A DNA stretch of 32,000 nucleotides from Verrucomicrobiota bacterium (GTDB lineage: Bacteria > Verrucomicrobiota > Verrucomicrobiia > Chthoniobacterales > UBA6821): the NCBI GenBank assembly GCA_008932965.1, contig WBXG01000007.1, positions 1-32,000 of the forward strand, read 5' to 3'. Position 1 is the first letter of the stretch. Every line of letters starts with the position of its first letter. A program made the position numbers and the translations under genes. This document shows positions 1 through 9,362 of this stretch, one piece after another. The notes under the pieces are model-generated. The model was not told the DNA's origin, ran no database searches, and saw only the letters and a program-made list of their open reading frames with translations.

Positions 1-1
1 G

Positions 2-340
2 AGAATGAAATACCGGAAGGCCCACAAGGGCCGGGTCAAAGGCAAAGCCAAGGCCGGCACTGAGCTGACCAAAGGCGAATTTGGCCTGATGGCTATGGAA
101 AGCGGAAAGATAACGGCGCGCCAGATCGAAGCGGCCCGTATCGCGATGACCCGCCACTGTAAAAGGGGCGGTTTTGTCTGGATTAAGATCTTCCCAGCCA
201 AGCCAATTACCAAGAAACCTGCCGAAACCCGTATGGGTAGCGGAAAAGGTGGTGTTGAGTACTACGTTGCGGTTGTAAAACCGGGCAGAATCCTTTATGA
301 GATGCAGGGCGTGGAGAAAGCTGTTGCTGAAGAGGCTCTG
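2..340 (+). CDS. rplP: 50S ribosomal protein L16 (uL16), internal fragment. The N-terminus runs off the window edge, the C-terminal ~25 residues are absent, and it reads in frame into the next feature.
   Basis: The translation [82 protein letters not shown] matches the conserved uL16 core. Codons are GC3-rich (GCC, GGC, CTG, AAG), unlike the rest of the window. Confidence 0.7.
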
Positions 341-745
341 ACGCTTGCTCAAGAAAATGCACAACGCCATCACATCACAAACATCACCTGGCATCAGGGA
401 AATCTTTTGGAACCACTTTCAAAACAAGGAAGCCCACCCACTTTTGATCTCATTGTTGCTAATTTGCCCTACATTCCAAAAGAAGAAATTCTAACCTTGT
501 CTCGTGAAATAGCACATGACCCTATGATGGCTTTAGATGGGGGTGGCGATGGACTAGATCTTATTATGCGTTTGATTAAAGAGGCGCCTGCTTATCTAAA
601 ACCAGAGGGGTATCTTCTGCTAGAAATTGGAAAAAATCAAGAATGTGAGGTGATGCAACGATTGCAAGAATCCGGTTATCAAAGCATTCATGCCATTGCA
701 GATTATCAGGGAGTATTAAGATTCATTGAAGCAGTGCAACCATGA
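341..745 (+). CDS. prmC: Release-factor glutamine methyltransferase PrmC/HemK, C-terminal ~135 aa only. The SAM-binding N-terminal half is missing.
   Basis: [28 protein letters not shown]...[13 protein letters not shown]...L..E....DP..AL.GG.DGLD....[16 protein letters not shown] matches the HemK motif IV region and C-terminus. AT-rich codon usage resumes here. Confidence 0.65.
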   Translation, partial: TLAQENAQRHHITNITWHQGNLLEPLSKQGSPPTFDLIVANLPYIPKEEILTLSREIAHDPMMALDGGGDGLDLIMRLIKEAPAYLKPEGYLLLEIGKNQECEVMQRLQESGYQSIHAIADYQGVLRFIEAVQP

Positions 746-907
746 GATACTTTTTTAATTTAACACACTATAAATCTATTGAGGCTTGTGCAAAACTCAT
801 GTGCTACAGCTTTGTTCTTAAATTGTGATTGAGGCGGTGAACTCCTACAGACCAGTATCACAATTCCTCATTCTCAATTTCTCATAACTTCGAAATATTT
901 TTTTTTC

Positions 908-2179
908 ATGGATAAAATGATTGTACATGGTGGTCGCACTCTCCAAGGGGAAGTTTTTATTAGCGGCTCAAAAAACTCTGCACTGCCGATTTTAGCGGCA
1001 ACACTCCTCACACGGGATCACTGTATCATTGAGAATGTTCCTGACCTAAGTGACATTCATTACATGCTTACAATTTTAAGCATGCTTGGATGTGAGGTGG
1101 AGAGAGCAAGTGGAGTTGTTCAAGTAAAGGCCTCCCATATAAAAACAGAAGCTCCCTATGAGATCGTACGAAAAATGCGTGCGTCTGTCTGTATTCTTGG
1201 GCCTCTCTTAGGACGGGAGCATGCTGCTACGGTCTCACTTCCAGGAGGGTGTGTTATTGGAGACCGTCCTATCGATTTGCATCTTCGTGGGTTTGAAGAA
1301 CTCGGGGCGACTGTTCAAGTCAAAGGCGGGGACATTCATGTTCTTGCATCCCATCTTCAAGGTGCCACCATTAATCTTCGTGGAAAATATGGACCAACTG
1401 TTTTAGGAACTGGAAATATTATGATGGCAGCAGTCCTTGCTGATGGAATGACTGTTATTGAAGGAGCTGCTGAGGAGCCCGAGGTGATCGACCTTGCTGA
1501 AGTATTAATGAAAATGGGTGCAAAAATTCATGGAGTTGGTACTTCACGAATCGTGATTGAAGGAGTGAAAGAATTACATGGATTTACACACACCGTCATT
1601 CCCGACCGTATCGAAGCAGGAACATTTCTCATTGCGGGAGCTATTGCTGGAAAAAAATTGACGGTGCGTCATATCATTCCAAAACATTTGGATGCCCTGC
1701 TACGTGCACTTCAGGAAGCAGGATTTGATCTTACTTCGAAAAAAGAGAGTATTACGATCACTTCTAATGGTCCTAAAAAACCGTTACACATCGAGACACT
1801 TCCGTTTCCTGGGTTTGCTACTGATCTCCAAGCACAGCTCTGCGCCATGCTCTCTACCATTGAGGGAGTGAGTACCATGACAGAACATATTTTTCCTCAG
1901 CGCTTCATGCATCTTGCAGAATTAAAACGGATGGGCGCTAATATTGAACTTAATGGTGCTACTGCCACGATTATTGGGGTTCATCAACTGAGTGGAGCCC
2001 CTGTTATGGCTAGTGACTTGCGTGCTTCTGCTGCGCTTGTGCTAGCAGCACTTGCTGCCGATGGTCCCACTGAAATTAGCCGAGTTTACCACATCGATCG
2101 TGGCTATGAAGGAATAGACAAAAAACTCAATAAGCTGGGTGCTCGTATTGAAAGGGTTAGCCCGGATATTTCATTTTGA
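908..2179 (+). CDS. murA: UDP-N-acetylglucosamine 1-carboxyvinyltransferase
   Basis: Full-length match to the MurA pattern: MDK..V.GG..LQGEV.ISGSKNSALPILAA.LL, KMRAS..ILGPLL, and the active-site LPGGCVIGDRPIDLH with Cys retained. The last 7 codons and the stop lie in a repeat-element end. Confidence 0.95.
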   Translation: MDKMIVHGGRTLQGEVFISGSKNSALPILAATLLTRDHCIIENVPDLSDIHYMLTILSMLGCEVERASGVVQVKASHIKTEAPYEIVRKMRASVCILGPLLGREHAATVSLPGGCVIGDRPIDLHLRGFEELGATVQVKGGDIHVLASHLQGATINLRGKYGPTVLGTGNIMMAAVLADGMTVIEGAAEEPEVIDLAEVLMKMGAKIHGVGTSRIVIEGVKELHGFTHTVIPDRIEAGTFLIAGAIAGKKLTVRHIIPKHLDALLRALQEAGFDLTSKKESITITSNGPKKPLHIETLPFPGFATDLQAQLCAMLSTIEGVSTMTEHIFPQRFMHLAELKRMGANIELNGATATIIGVHQLSGAPVMASDLRASAALVLAALAADGPTEISRVYHIDRGYEGIDKKLNKLGARIERVSPDISF

Positions 2180-2182
2180 TCC
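2157..2182 (+). repeat. Solo terminus of the TIR element family (TTAGCCCGGATATTTCATTTTGATCC)
   Basis: About 22/26 identity to the family end consensus YTAR-CCCGGATATTTCATNCNGATC. It overlaps the murA 3' end. Confidence 0.6.
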
Positions 2183-2207
2183 AAAAAAGAGAACTGCATA
2201 GAAAAAA

Positions 2208-3257
2208 CTATTCTAACTCAAAATTGATATTGACCGTATAAGCACTATTAGAACCAATTCCACGAGGCAATGGGGCAATTTTTAGGACCTTTTGAGCAGC
2301 TGACAAAACCGAGGCATCCATCACAGGATTTCCGCTTGGCTTAGAAAGGGCAAAATGAGAAATGGTCCCATCTGATTGAATTGTTAATTGCAGAGTGCAA
2401 ACAAAATCATGCTTATGTTCTGTTGGAATTGCAGTCGGTTGTTCCCATTGACTATAAAATCGATCATGAATGAGTTCATGATAGGCACCTAGTGCTCCAT
2501 TATCGACACCAGTCCCATTTCCCTCTCCATGCGTTCCGGAGGCTCCAGCCCCTCCATTTTTACTTTCAAGAAAAGCTGATTTTGTTGATGAGTCAGCATG
2601 ATTGCTGCTATTGATATTTTTACTATGACCCTCTTTTTTTTCATGAGAGGTCGATTCCTTGGATTTAGGAGAGGATGTGGAGTGAGATATTTTTTCCTTA
2701 GCCTCACTTTGAGAAGTAGCTTTTAAAGCTGGCTTGGGAGTCAGTTTTGGAATTGGCTTTGGAGTTGGCTTGGGAGTCAGTTTTGGAATTGGCTTTGGAG
2801 TTGGCTTGGGAGTCAGTTTTGGAATTGGCTTGGGAGTTGGCTTCGGAGTTGGCTTCGGAGTTGGCTTCGTAGTTACATCAGCCAGTGGTATCTCAGATTT
2901 ATTTTCTAATGGAGGAGGTGTACCCTCTTCCACAGGATCTTCTTTAGGATCTTCTGTAGGAGTGACTGGTGCATCTAATTTGGAATCAGGAGAAGAAGGT
3001 GTGGCAACAGGGGCTTCCTGTTCTTCCTCCTTAGTAGTAGGTACAGATTGCTCTTTTTCAGCAGTAGCCGGAGCAGGTGCTGGAATTCCTAATGTGGGAG
3101 ATGCTGAGCCAAAAGATCCTGTATCAAGCCATGTTACCTGTTCGAGAGGTGGTTTCACAGGTTGCCTCATAAAATAGATGATACTTAAAATAAGTACTCC
3201 ATGAATAGAGGCGACAATAATAAGTGCTCTTCGGAAATCCGGCCGAATATTTTTCAT
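2208..3257 (-). CDS. TonB/TolA-family energy-transducer protein
   Basis: It has an N-terminal TM helix ([19 protein letters not shown]), a long Pro/Lys/Thr-rich spacer with TPKP repeats, and a C-terminal TonB_C-like domain ([16 protein letters not shown]...[32 protein letters not shown]). The start overlaps the upstream exbD-like stop (ATGA). Confidence 0.8.
   Translation of the reverse strand: MKNIRPDFRRALIIVASIHGVLILSIIYFMRQPVKPPLEQVTWLDTGSFGSASPTLGIPAPAPATAEKEQSVPTTKEEEQEAPVATPSSPDSKLDAPVTPTEDPKEDPVEEGTPPPLENKSEIPLADVTTKPTPKPTPKPTPKPIPKLTPKPTPKPIPKLTPKPTPKPIPKLTPKPALKATSQSEAKEKISHSTSSPKSKESTSHEKKEGHSKNINSSNHADSSTKSAFLESKNGGAGASGTHGEGNGTGVDNGALGAYHELIHDRFYSQWEQPTAIPTEHKHDFVCTLQLTIQSDGTISHFALSKPSGNPVMDASVLSAAQKVLKIAPLPRGIGSNSAYTVNINFELE
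2731..2874. repeat. Tandem repeat inside the TonB-like CDS: three 36-bp units followed by three 12-bp units
   Basis: The unit ggcttgggagtcagttttggaattggctttggagtt occurs at 2731, 2767 and 2803. It is followed by ggcttcggagtt x2 and ggcttcgtagtt. On the minus strand this encodes [12 protein letters not shown] reiterations. Confidence 0.9.
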
Positions 3258-3700
3258 CGAGCAGATTCGGGAGGTGTTGTTGGTGAGCCCTCTTCAGGAC
3301 GGGTCATTACTCCTACTTTAGTAATCCCAGCTTTTTGAAGGATATCCATGATAGAAATAAATTGTTGGATTGGTAAATCACGATGAGGGCGAATCACAAC
3401 AGAAATGCCTGGCTGTGCCGTTCTGAGCTCTATTAATCGAGGGAGCAATTGATCGAGAGGGATTACCTCTTTATTGATTTTAATGATTTGATCACGATCG
3501 ATGGAAATCATCTGTACCTGAGAAGGATTTACCTCATGATGTGCCGTCGTGCTACTTGGAACTACTAGCTCCATACTGTTTTCGAGAAGTGGTGTCGTGA
3601 TCATAAATATAATGAGCAAGACAAAAGCTAAATCCAGTAATGGAGTAACATTTAATTCTGAAAGCGTATGTAACGCTCCATGACTAGAGAACCGGCGCAT
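3254..3700 (-). CDS. ExbD/TolR-family biopolymer transport protein
   Basis: [24 protein letters not shown] segment plus a periplasmic domain typical of ExbD/TolR. It sits in an operon between a TolQ/ExbB-like and a TonB-like gene. Confidence 0.85.
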   Translation of the reverse strand: MRRFSSHGALHTLSELNVTPLLDLAFVLLIIFMITTPLLENSMELVVPSSTTAHHEVNPSQVQMISIDRDQIIKINKEVIPLDQLLPRLIELRTAQPGISVVIRPHRDLPIQQFISIMDILQKAGITKVGVMTRPEEGSPTTPPESAR

Positions 3701-3714
3701 ATTCAGAATAGATT

Positions 3715-4476
3715 TTATTTTTGATAAATATCATGAGCGACATAGCGATGTTCTAGCTCACTTGAAAATTCTGCAGCAAAATTATCACAAGAGACAATCA
3801 TCGATCGAACGGTGTTGACTAAGAAATTATAACCAAACATTGCTGGAATAGCTACAAGAAGGCCTGTCACCGTAGTAATCAAGGCACCAGAAACTCCAGG
3901 GGCCATTGCAGCAAGGTTCGCTGTTCCAGCAGCAGCAATACCACCAAAAGCATCCATAACTCCCCATACAGTTCCTAAGAGACCCACAAAAGGAGCTCCA
4001 CTCACTGCTGTTGAAAGAATAATCATTTGTGATTCTAGTTCTAATGCGGATTCACCCACGGCACGTTCCATTGCTACTGTTACAGAACGCATGTGGGAAG
4101 GACTCATACGGGGTGCCATCTGAATGCGCGCTTGAAATGTTTCATCTACTTCAGTCGATCCAAGGAGTTGAAAACAGAGTTCCCTACATCCTGCTTGATA
4201 GATTTGATAAAGCGGAGAACCTTCAAAAGTTAACTCTTGTTCAAAAATTTTTAGCGGTTGTCGATCACGACGGAAAAGCTCCATAAATTCAGCTGATTGC
4301 TTTTTCGCAAAGTTGAGAACTCGAATCTTAGTAAGCATGACCGACCAGCTAAAAATTGATCCTACGAAAAGGACGAGCAAAACTAGTTTTCCTTCAAAGG
4401 TCGATTCAAGGAAAGCATAGACAATACCGCTTGCCACAAGAGGATTCGGAAATTGAAGTAAGGAAAAACAGTTCAC
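3715..4476 (-). CDS. MotA/TolQ/ExbB-family proton channel
   Basis: The conserved C-terminal block SGAPFVGLLGTVWGVMDAFGGIA....NLAAMAPGVSGALITTVTGLLVAIPAMFGYNFL is present, with three predicted TM segments. Confidence 0.85.
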   Translation of the reverse strand: MNCFSLLQFPNPLVASGIVYAFLESTFEGKLVLLVLFVGSIFSWSVMLTKIRVLNFAKKQSAEFMELFRRDRQPLKIFEQELTFEGSPLYQIYQAGCRELCFQLLGSTEVDETFQARIQMAPRMSPSHMRSVTVAMERAVGESALELESQMIILSTAVSGAPFVGLLGTVWGVMDAFGGIAAAGTANLAAMAPGVSGALITTVTGLLVAIPAMFGYNFLVNTVRSMIVSCDNFAAEFSSELEHRYVAHDIYQK

Positions 4477-4608
4477 GGCATTATAAAAAAATCTAAAGGT
4501 CCTTGAAAAATAAAGCGTTAAGGGGAATGGGTAAAGAGTATTTCAATGATCAAGAACATTTGGTTGACCCATCGTTCTAAAAAAAATCTATTATTGAAAT
4601 AAGACAAA

Positions 4609-6696
4609 TTATTCATGACTCCTCAGTTGATTTTTCTGAGTCAAGGCACGCCGAGAGTGAGCATCTTCTAAAAAAGCTTTTTGAACATTGAAGTATTCCT
4701 TGCTTTCAGGCAAAGGATGGTAGTGTCCAGCTTGATCCATCACACGTGCTTTCACATTATCTTTCCAAAACCAATCTAAAATTTCTTTCACATGGGCCCT
4801 TACTCCTGGGGAAAGCAATGGAAAAAATGTTTCCACACGACGGAAAAGATTTCTTGGCATCCAATCCGCGCTGCTTAAAAAAACTTCAGCTTCTCCTCCG
4901 TTCTCAAAATATAAAATACGACTATGCTCTAAGAAGCGTCCAACAATACTTCGAACCTCAATATTATCACTTACCCCCGGAATACCGGGACGCAGACAGC
5001 ATGTGCCTCGAATTAAAAGTCTGATTTTAACGCCTGCTTGAGAAGCGCGGTAAAGCTCGTTAATCATGCTCTGTTCCACTAGGGCATTCATTTTAATAAA
5101 AAGACCCGCAGGTTGGCCTGCATGAGCATGAGCAATTTCCCGATCGATTAATTCGAGTAGCATTTCTTTTAAGTTATAAGGTGCAAGCGAGAGTTCGTGC
5201 AGCTCCGGAAGTTTTGAAACACCTGTAAGCACATTGAACATTGCTGCCACATCAGCGGTGAGTGTTTCACGAGCTGTTAATAATCCTAAATCAGTATAGA
5301 GACGTGCTGTTGTGGGATTATAATTTCCTGTACCAAGATGCACATAACGTCGAATTTTTTCCCCTTCCTGACGTATCACCAGCATTGCTTTTGCATGTGT
5401 CTTAAGACCTGAAAGTCCATAAATCACATTAATACCTTCATGACGCATCATGCGAGCCCACTTGATATTGGCTGCCTCATCAAAACGTGCTTTCAGTTCG
5501 ATGACAACCGTCACTTGCTTTCCATGGCGCGCAGCACTTACTAAAGAAGAAATCAGAGGGGAATCGCTGCTGGTGCGATAAAGAGTCTGCTTGATGGCAA
5601 GTGTGTGAGGGTCTTCAGCAGCATGTCCCAAAAAATCTGTCACTGTTTGAAAACTATCATAAGGATGATGAAGAAGAATATCACCTCTACGAAGATGCCA
5701 AAAAATATCTGTGTCGCGACTCACAGAAAGTACTTTTCTAGTGCTAAAACGCTCTTCACGTAAATCAGGACGATCTATTCCCAAGGAAAGTGTGATCATT
5801 TGTTTTAAATTCAAAATACCAGGAAGATGGTAGAGATCGCTCTCGTTTAAATTCAAAAGCTTTAATAAATGTTTTGCTAGTCCTTGGGGAAAGGAGTCAT
5901 GAACCTCTAGACGAATAGGAGCATTAGATTCGAGGTGGCGTAATTCCTCTTCGATTGCATGAAGTAAATCTTCTGAATCTTCCTCATCGATTGTTAAATT
6001 ACTATTACGCGTGATACGGAAAAGATGGACTGATTGAATATGCATTCCATAAAAAAGAGCTTCAATATGATGCTGGATGATACTTTCTAAAAAAACATAA
6101 TGCTCCTCTTTTTTAGAGGGCGTCGTGGAAAAAGAAATAAAACGAGGTAAGTTTTGAGGAACTGGCACAACCACTAATGTTGTGCAAAGATGTTCATCCC
6201 GGAGTTCTACTAAAAAATTCAAACTAAGATTGAGTAACTGTGGGAATGGGTGGAGAGGATCAACTGCTAAAGGGGTAAGCATTGGGAAAATAAATTCCTT
6301 AAAATATTTTGATAAATATTTCTGCTCTACGAGCGGCACTTGAGCATACTCATGAAAAAAAACTGTTTCTTCCTCCAGTGCTGGTGCGATTACCTGATCC
6401 CAACAGCGATATTGATTCAGGAGCTGTTGGCGTATTTTGAGGGATAAAGAAGATAACTCTTCTTGTGGCTCCAAACCATCCTGGTTTTTTTTGGTTGGAG
6501 AGCGTTGAGATTGCTGCTTCAACGATGCAACATGAACTTCAAAAAACTCATCCAAATTGGAGCTAAAAATACCGAGAAATTTGAGGCGCTCCAATAACGG
6601 ATTGGTGGCGTCCCAGGCTTGATCTAAAACACGTTGATTAAATTCAAGCCAACTCAACCCACGGTTGATATAAAGAGAAGATGTGCCAGCTGTCAT
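4609..6696 (-). CDS. ppk: Polyphosphate kinase 1
   Basis: 695 aa. LYINRGLSWLEFNQRVLDQA N-terminus, the autophosphorylated-His region GLKTHAKAMLV, and tandem PLD-like C-terminal domains (LGTGNYN, HSRILYF). Confidence 0.95.
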   Translation of the reverse strand: MTAGTSSLYINRGLSWLEFNQRVLDQAWDATNPLLERLKFLGIFSSNLDEFFEVHVASLKQQSQRSPTKKNQDGLEPQEELSSLSLKIRQQLLNQYRCWDQVIAPALEEETVFFHEYAQVPLVEQKYLSKYFKEFIFPMLTPLAVDPLHPFPQLLNLSLNFLVELRDEHLCTTLVVVPVPQNLPRFISFSTTPSKKEEHYVFLESIIQHHIEALFYGMHIQSVHLFRITRNSNLTIDEEDSEDLLHAIEEELRHLESNAPIRLEVHDSFPQGLAKHLLKLLNLNESDLYHLPGILNLKQMITLSLGIDRPDLREERFSTRKVLSVSRDTDIFWHLRRGDILLHHPYDSFQTVTDFLGHAAEDPHTLAIKQTLYRTSSDSPLISSLVSAARHGKQVTVVIELKARFDEAANIKWARMMRHEGINVIYGLSGLKTHAKAMLVIRQEGEKIRRYVHLGTGNYNPTTARLYTDLGLLTARETLTADVAAMFNVLTGVSKLPELHELSLAPYNLKEMLLELIDREIAHAHAGQPAGLFIKMNALVEQSMINELYRASQAGVKIRLLIRGTCCLRPGIPGVSDNIEVRSIVGRFLEHSRILYFENGGEAEVFLSSADWMPRNLFRRVETFFPLLSPGVRAHVKEILDWFWKDNVKARVMDQAGHYHPLPESKEYFNVQKAFLEDAHSRRALTQKNQLRSHE

Positions 6697-6798
6697 AAAA
6701 ACTCATTTCTTCTTCCATGAGAGCACAACAAAAAGAAGGGCATTTTCCCTTTTGCCAGAGCGCACCCAACACCATTGCTGTGCTCATCATAGGATTTA

Positions 6799-7098
6799 TT
6801 AGAGACATGAGGCTTCTTCCGTAAAGCCCACATCACCACGAATTGACTCTAGTTGACGAAGCACACGTTTCTTAGAGTGAGGACGATTGCGGATACGGCT
6901 CAAACAACTAGCCATTACAGGAACAACAATGAGTGCACCAGTTACTAGTAGAAATAGAGAGGTACGATGGCGTGCTCGGCAGCTCATTTTATCAGCAATA
7001 AGAAGTCCGACACCACACCCTACAGCTGCTTGAGTAATAGCAATTGTTCCACTCACAGGAAGGTTTTCTGAAAAATGGGAAAGAGAAAGTTGAGACAT
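6799..7098 (-). CDS. Small hypothetical membrane protein (2 predicted TM helices)
   Basis: I trimmed the ORF to the internal ATG at 7098 (MSQLSLSHF...) so it does not overlap the upstream gene. The hydrophobic stretches are GTIAITQAAVGCGVGLLIA and SLFLLVTGALIVVPVMASCL. I recognise no homolog. Confidence 0.4.
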   Translation of the reverse strand: MSQLSLSHFSENLPVSGTIAITQAAVGCGVGLLIADKMSCRARHRTSLFLLVTGALIVVPVMASCLSRIRNRPHSKKRVLRQLESIRGDVGFTEEASCL

Positions 7099-7159
7099 AA
7101 TTGGTAATAATACCTTATTTTTTTCTGAGCTCAACTGATAACTGCAGTAACTCCATGTC

Positions 7160-9340
7160 CTATGCATAATGCGAGCTAGAATTTTTTTTCTTGAAATAAA
7201 AATCATGTATCCAACAAATGATTCGCTGGATAAGGAATATCCCAGCACGTTCCAATTCAGATTTTTGCTGCCACTGATAAGCTCGCACTGGAATTGTTTC
7301 TTCTATGAGTTTTTTCCAAAATTTTAGAGTTGCTTCTTGAGTAAAAGCTTGTCCCGATCGGTGGCCATTTTGAACAAGCATAGCACGCAAACTTGGGTTT
7401 TCTTGAAGTTGTTTGAGTTGTTTAAAAACTTCTTTAAGTGATGTAGCCACGAGATAATCTATCTCAGGATTCCCATCAGCAGCATAAGCAGAATCGGATC
7501 CTCCAATAAAGGGAACTCCTGCTAACCAAGCATTATAGAGCTTTGTAGCAGGCTTATTCATATGCAAAGAGCGAGAGAAGCTGCGAATAGCAATCACACA
7601 GTCAACATCAGTATAATTATTCCACTCATGATATCCTCGTATTTGAAAATGAAGTCCAAGCTCTTCATATAGCCTGCGATGCCATTTTTGAGAACGAAGC
7701 TCCGGGGCAAGGTTTTGTATTTCCCCAAAGAAGCAGACATTTTCAAAGCGTGTTCCTCGAGTTGGATCACGTGGTTTTAGAAAAGGTTGAGGCCAGTGAG
7801 GAACATAAATGGAATTTGGAAGATAACGGGTATAATTTCTATTTTCCACTAAATGCAAATCCACACTAGGATGCGGTGTTTTATCAGCAAGAATATCGAC
7901 TAGAAATAAATGTGGATTTATAGATTTTCGTCTGAGTAACGGGTTTAAAAGCTTGCTCATCGTAATACAAATTCCAGTATTTTTTTCAAAAGGAAACTCG
8001 GTGGAAAGAGTAGAGTTGACTCCAATTTTCTTAAGCAAACTCCATGTTTGATAAATCCAACATGTAATTGTAGGGCTTTTGATTGGTTGATTTAATGCCA
8101 TTGGGTCTCCTTCTTTCCATTTTTCTCCCCAATCATCAGCAGAAAGAAAATATTCCATGATATGAAATGAAATCTTATCAAGAAACTTGATGGGAATCTG
8201 TTTCTCCATTTTTTTCTGGAAATAGTTGGTATAATACCGAAGAAAAAAAGTAGATAAGGAAGGGACCTTTGCATGAATGCTTGCACACGTTGCAAATAAG
8301 ATGGAGGCACGTTTTAAAGCGTTCGCTGATGCTTTCCAGTACCAAGAAAGGAGTGGATGTTCCGGCTTTTTTTCTTGAGCCTCTAAAGAATAAAAAGTGG
8401 CATCTATACTATTTTCGAGGGAAAATGCTGCCTTTCTCCAATATTCTGCTAACCGCTTATCTATTGTTAAAGCCTCACTTGCAGATGTGCGGTAGAAAAT
8501 AATTTTTTTATACACCTTTACCTGAGGAGGTAACTGATTATCTTCAAATTCTAATTTCTCTGCTTTGCAGGTCAGTTTCTTCCAGAGGTCATCGACAGCA
8601 TTCAAAGCTGCTAAAGCAGCTAGTGAATACTCAATAGCCTGATCTTCGTTGCCGATTTGAGTGGCCATTGCGGCTTCGATCCGTAACGCTAGAGCATTCT
8701 GATTTAATTCGAGAAGCTCATTCCAGAGGTGTTTATAGGGTGCTATTTTCTCTGGTGAAATGGATGCAGTATGAATATGGATATTGGCAAGATGAGCTGC
8801 CGCATATGCTGCTTTTACCCAACGATGGGTTAACACTATATTCAAAAAAGCATCATGGTTGTTAAGCGCTTGTGCTTTTTTAAATAAGGAAACTGCCTTG
8901 ATAGCATAACGAGAGGCTTCAGGAAGAGTCGACTCATAGTGGATTGCTGCCTGCGATACTTCTTGTATTTCTTGATCAAAATCTTTTGAGGCTTGTGCCT
9001 GCGCAAAAGCTAACCAATAACGGTACGCCGAGCCTGCTTCCCTATTTTCATTCCTATGGAAGGCCCAATAGGAGATTTCTGATTTTTGAAGCTTGTGATC
9101 CAAATAGTAATTGCCTTCTTGGTTCCAATAGGTCAAAAACGCAATCGCATCAATACTATGGGTTCGTTGAGGTTTGAGTAGCGCAGTTGCAGTTCTTTGT
9201 TGATCTACGAATGCGGCCTCATCGCTTGCAAGCCTCCAATATGCAGCAAGTCTCTCGTTTCCGAAAGCAGAAGCCCTGAGAGCTTGCTCACGATAGAGAG
9301 CAATTTCATCTCTTGCTTCTCTCTGAATTGAAAAATCCAT
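7160..9340 (-). CDS. Hypothetical two-domain protein: N-terminal alpha-helical repeat region (~390 aa) plus a C-terminal GT-B-like putative glycosyltransferase domain
   Basis: The N-terminal part carries recurring xYW(R/K)xA helical motifs (AAYWRLAS, YRYWLAFA, AEYWRKAA, SWYWKASA). The C-terminal ~340 aa is clearly paralogous to the next gene (CWIYQTW, FLVDI.AD..PHP...LHLV.NR, PHW.QP.L.PRDP.RG, NLAPELRS, KPATKLYNAWLAGVPFIGG.DSAYAADG). Confidence 0.6.
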   Translation of the reverse strand: MDFSIQREARDEIALYREQALRASAFGNERLAAYWRLASDEAAFVDQQRTATALLKPQRTHSIDAIAFLTYWNQEGNYYLDHKLQKSEISYWAFHRNENREAGSAYRYWLAFAQAQASKDFDQEIQEVSQAAIHYESTLPEASRYAIKAVSLFKKAQALNNHDAFLNIVLTHRWVKAAYAAAHLANIHIHTASISPEKIAPYKHLWNELLELNQNALALRIEAAMATQIGNEDQAIEYSLAALAALNAVDDLWKKLTCKAEKLEFEDNQLPPQVKVYKKIIFYRTSASEALTIDKRLAEYWRKAAFSLENSIDATFYSLEAQEKKPEHPLLSWYWKASANALKRASILFATCASIHAKVPSLSTFFLRYYTNYFQKKMEKQIPIKFLDKISFHIMEYFLSADDWGEKWKEGDPMALNQPIKSPTITCWIYQTWSLLKKIGVNSTLSTEFPFEKNTGICITMSKLLNPLLRRKSINPHLFLVDILADKTPHPSVDLHLVENRNYTRYLPNSIYVPHWPQPFLKPRDPTRGTRFENVCFFGEIQNLAPELRSQKWHRRLYEELGLHFQIRGYHEWNNYTDVDCVIAIRSFSRSLHMNKPATKLYNAWLAGVPFIGGSDSAYAADGNPEIDYLVATSLKEVFKQLKQLQENPSLRAMLVQNGHRSGQAFTQEATLKFWKKLIEETIPVRAYQWQQKSELERAGIFLIQRIICWIHDFYFKKKNSSSHYA

Positions 9341-9362
9341 AAAATTCTTTTTTCAAAAAAAC

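Noticed and set aside
821-865. A perfect 9-bp inverted repeat AATTGTGAT-N27-ATCACAATT upstream of murA.
   Set aside because: It could be an operator or a very decayed element arm (GACCAGTATCACAATTCC versus GATCAGTATGAAATATCC). There is one occurrence only and no supporting evidence, so I did not call it.
1221-1406. Short ORFs nested within or antisense to well-supported genes, for example 1221..1406, 4029..4286, 4746..5024, 8269..8502, 16526..16877 and 30571..31056.
   Set aside because: They lie fully inside long CDSs with strong homology signatures. They have low-complexity or atypical composition and no recognisable motifs.
2734-3177. A 147-aa Gly/Val/Phe-rich ORF ([13 protein letters not shown]...) on the plus strand.
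   Set aside because: It is the antisense reading of the Pro/Lys/Thr tandem repeat of the TonB-like gene. Its periodicity comes from that repeat, and it has no independent coding evidence.
7099-7248. The 5' extension of ORF 6799..7248, which overlaps the end of the 726-aa gene by 89 nt.
   Set aside because: The extension (MLGYSLSSESFVGYMIFISRKK...) lies inside the upstream CDS in another frame. The internal ATG at 7098 gives a compact two-TM protein without overlap.
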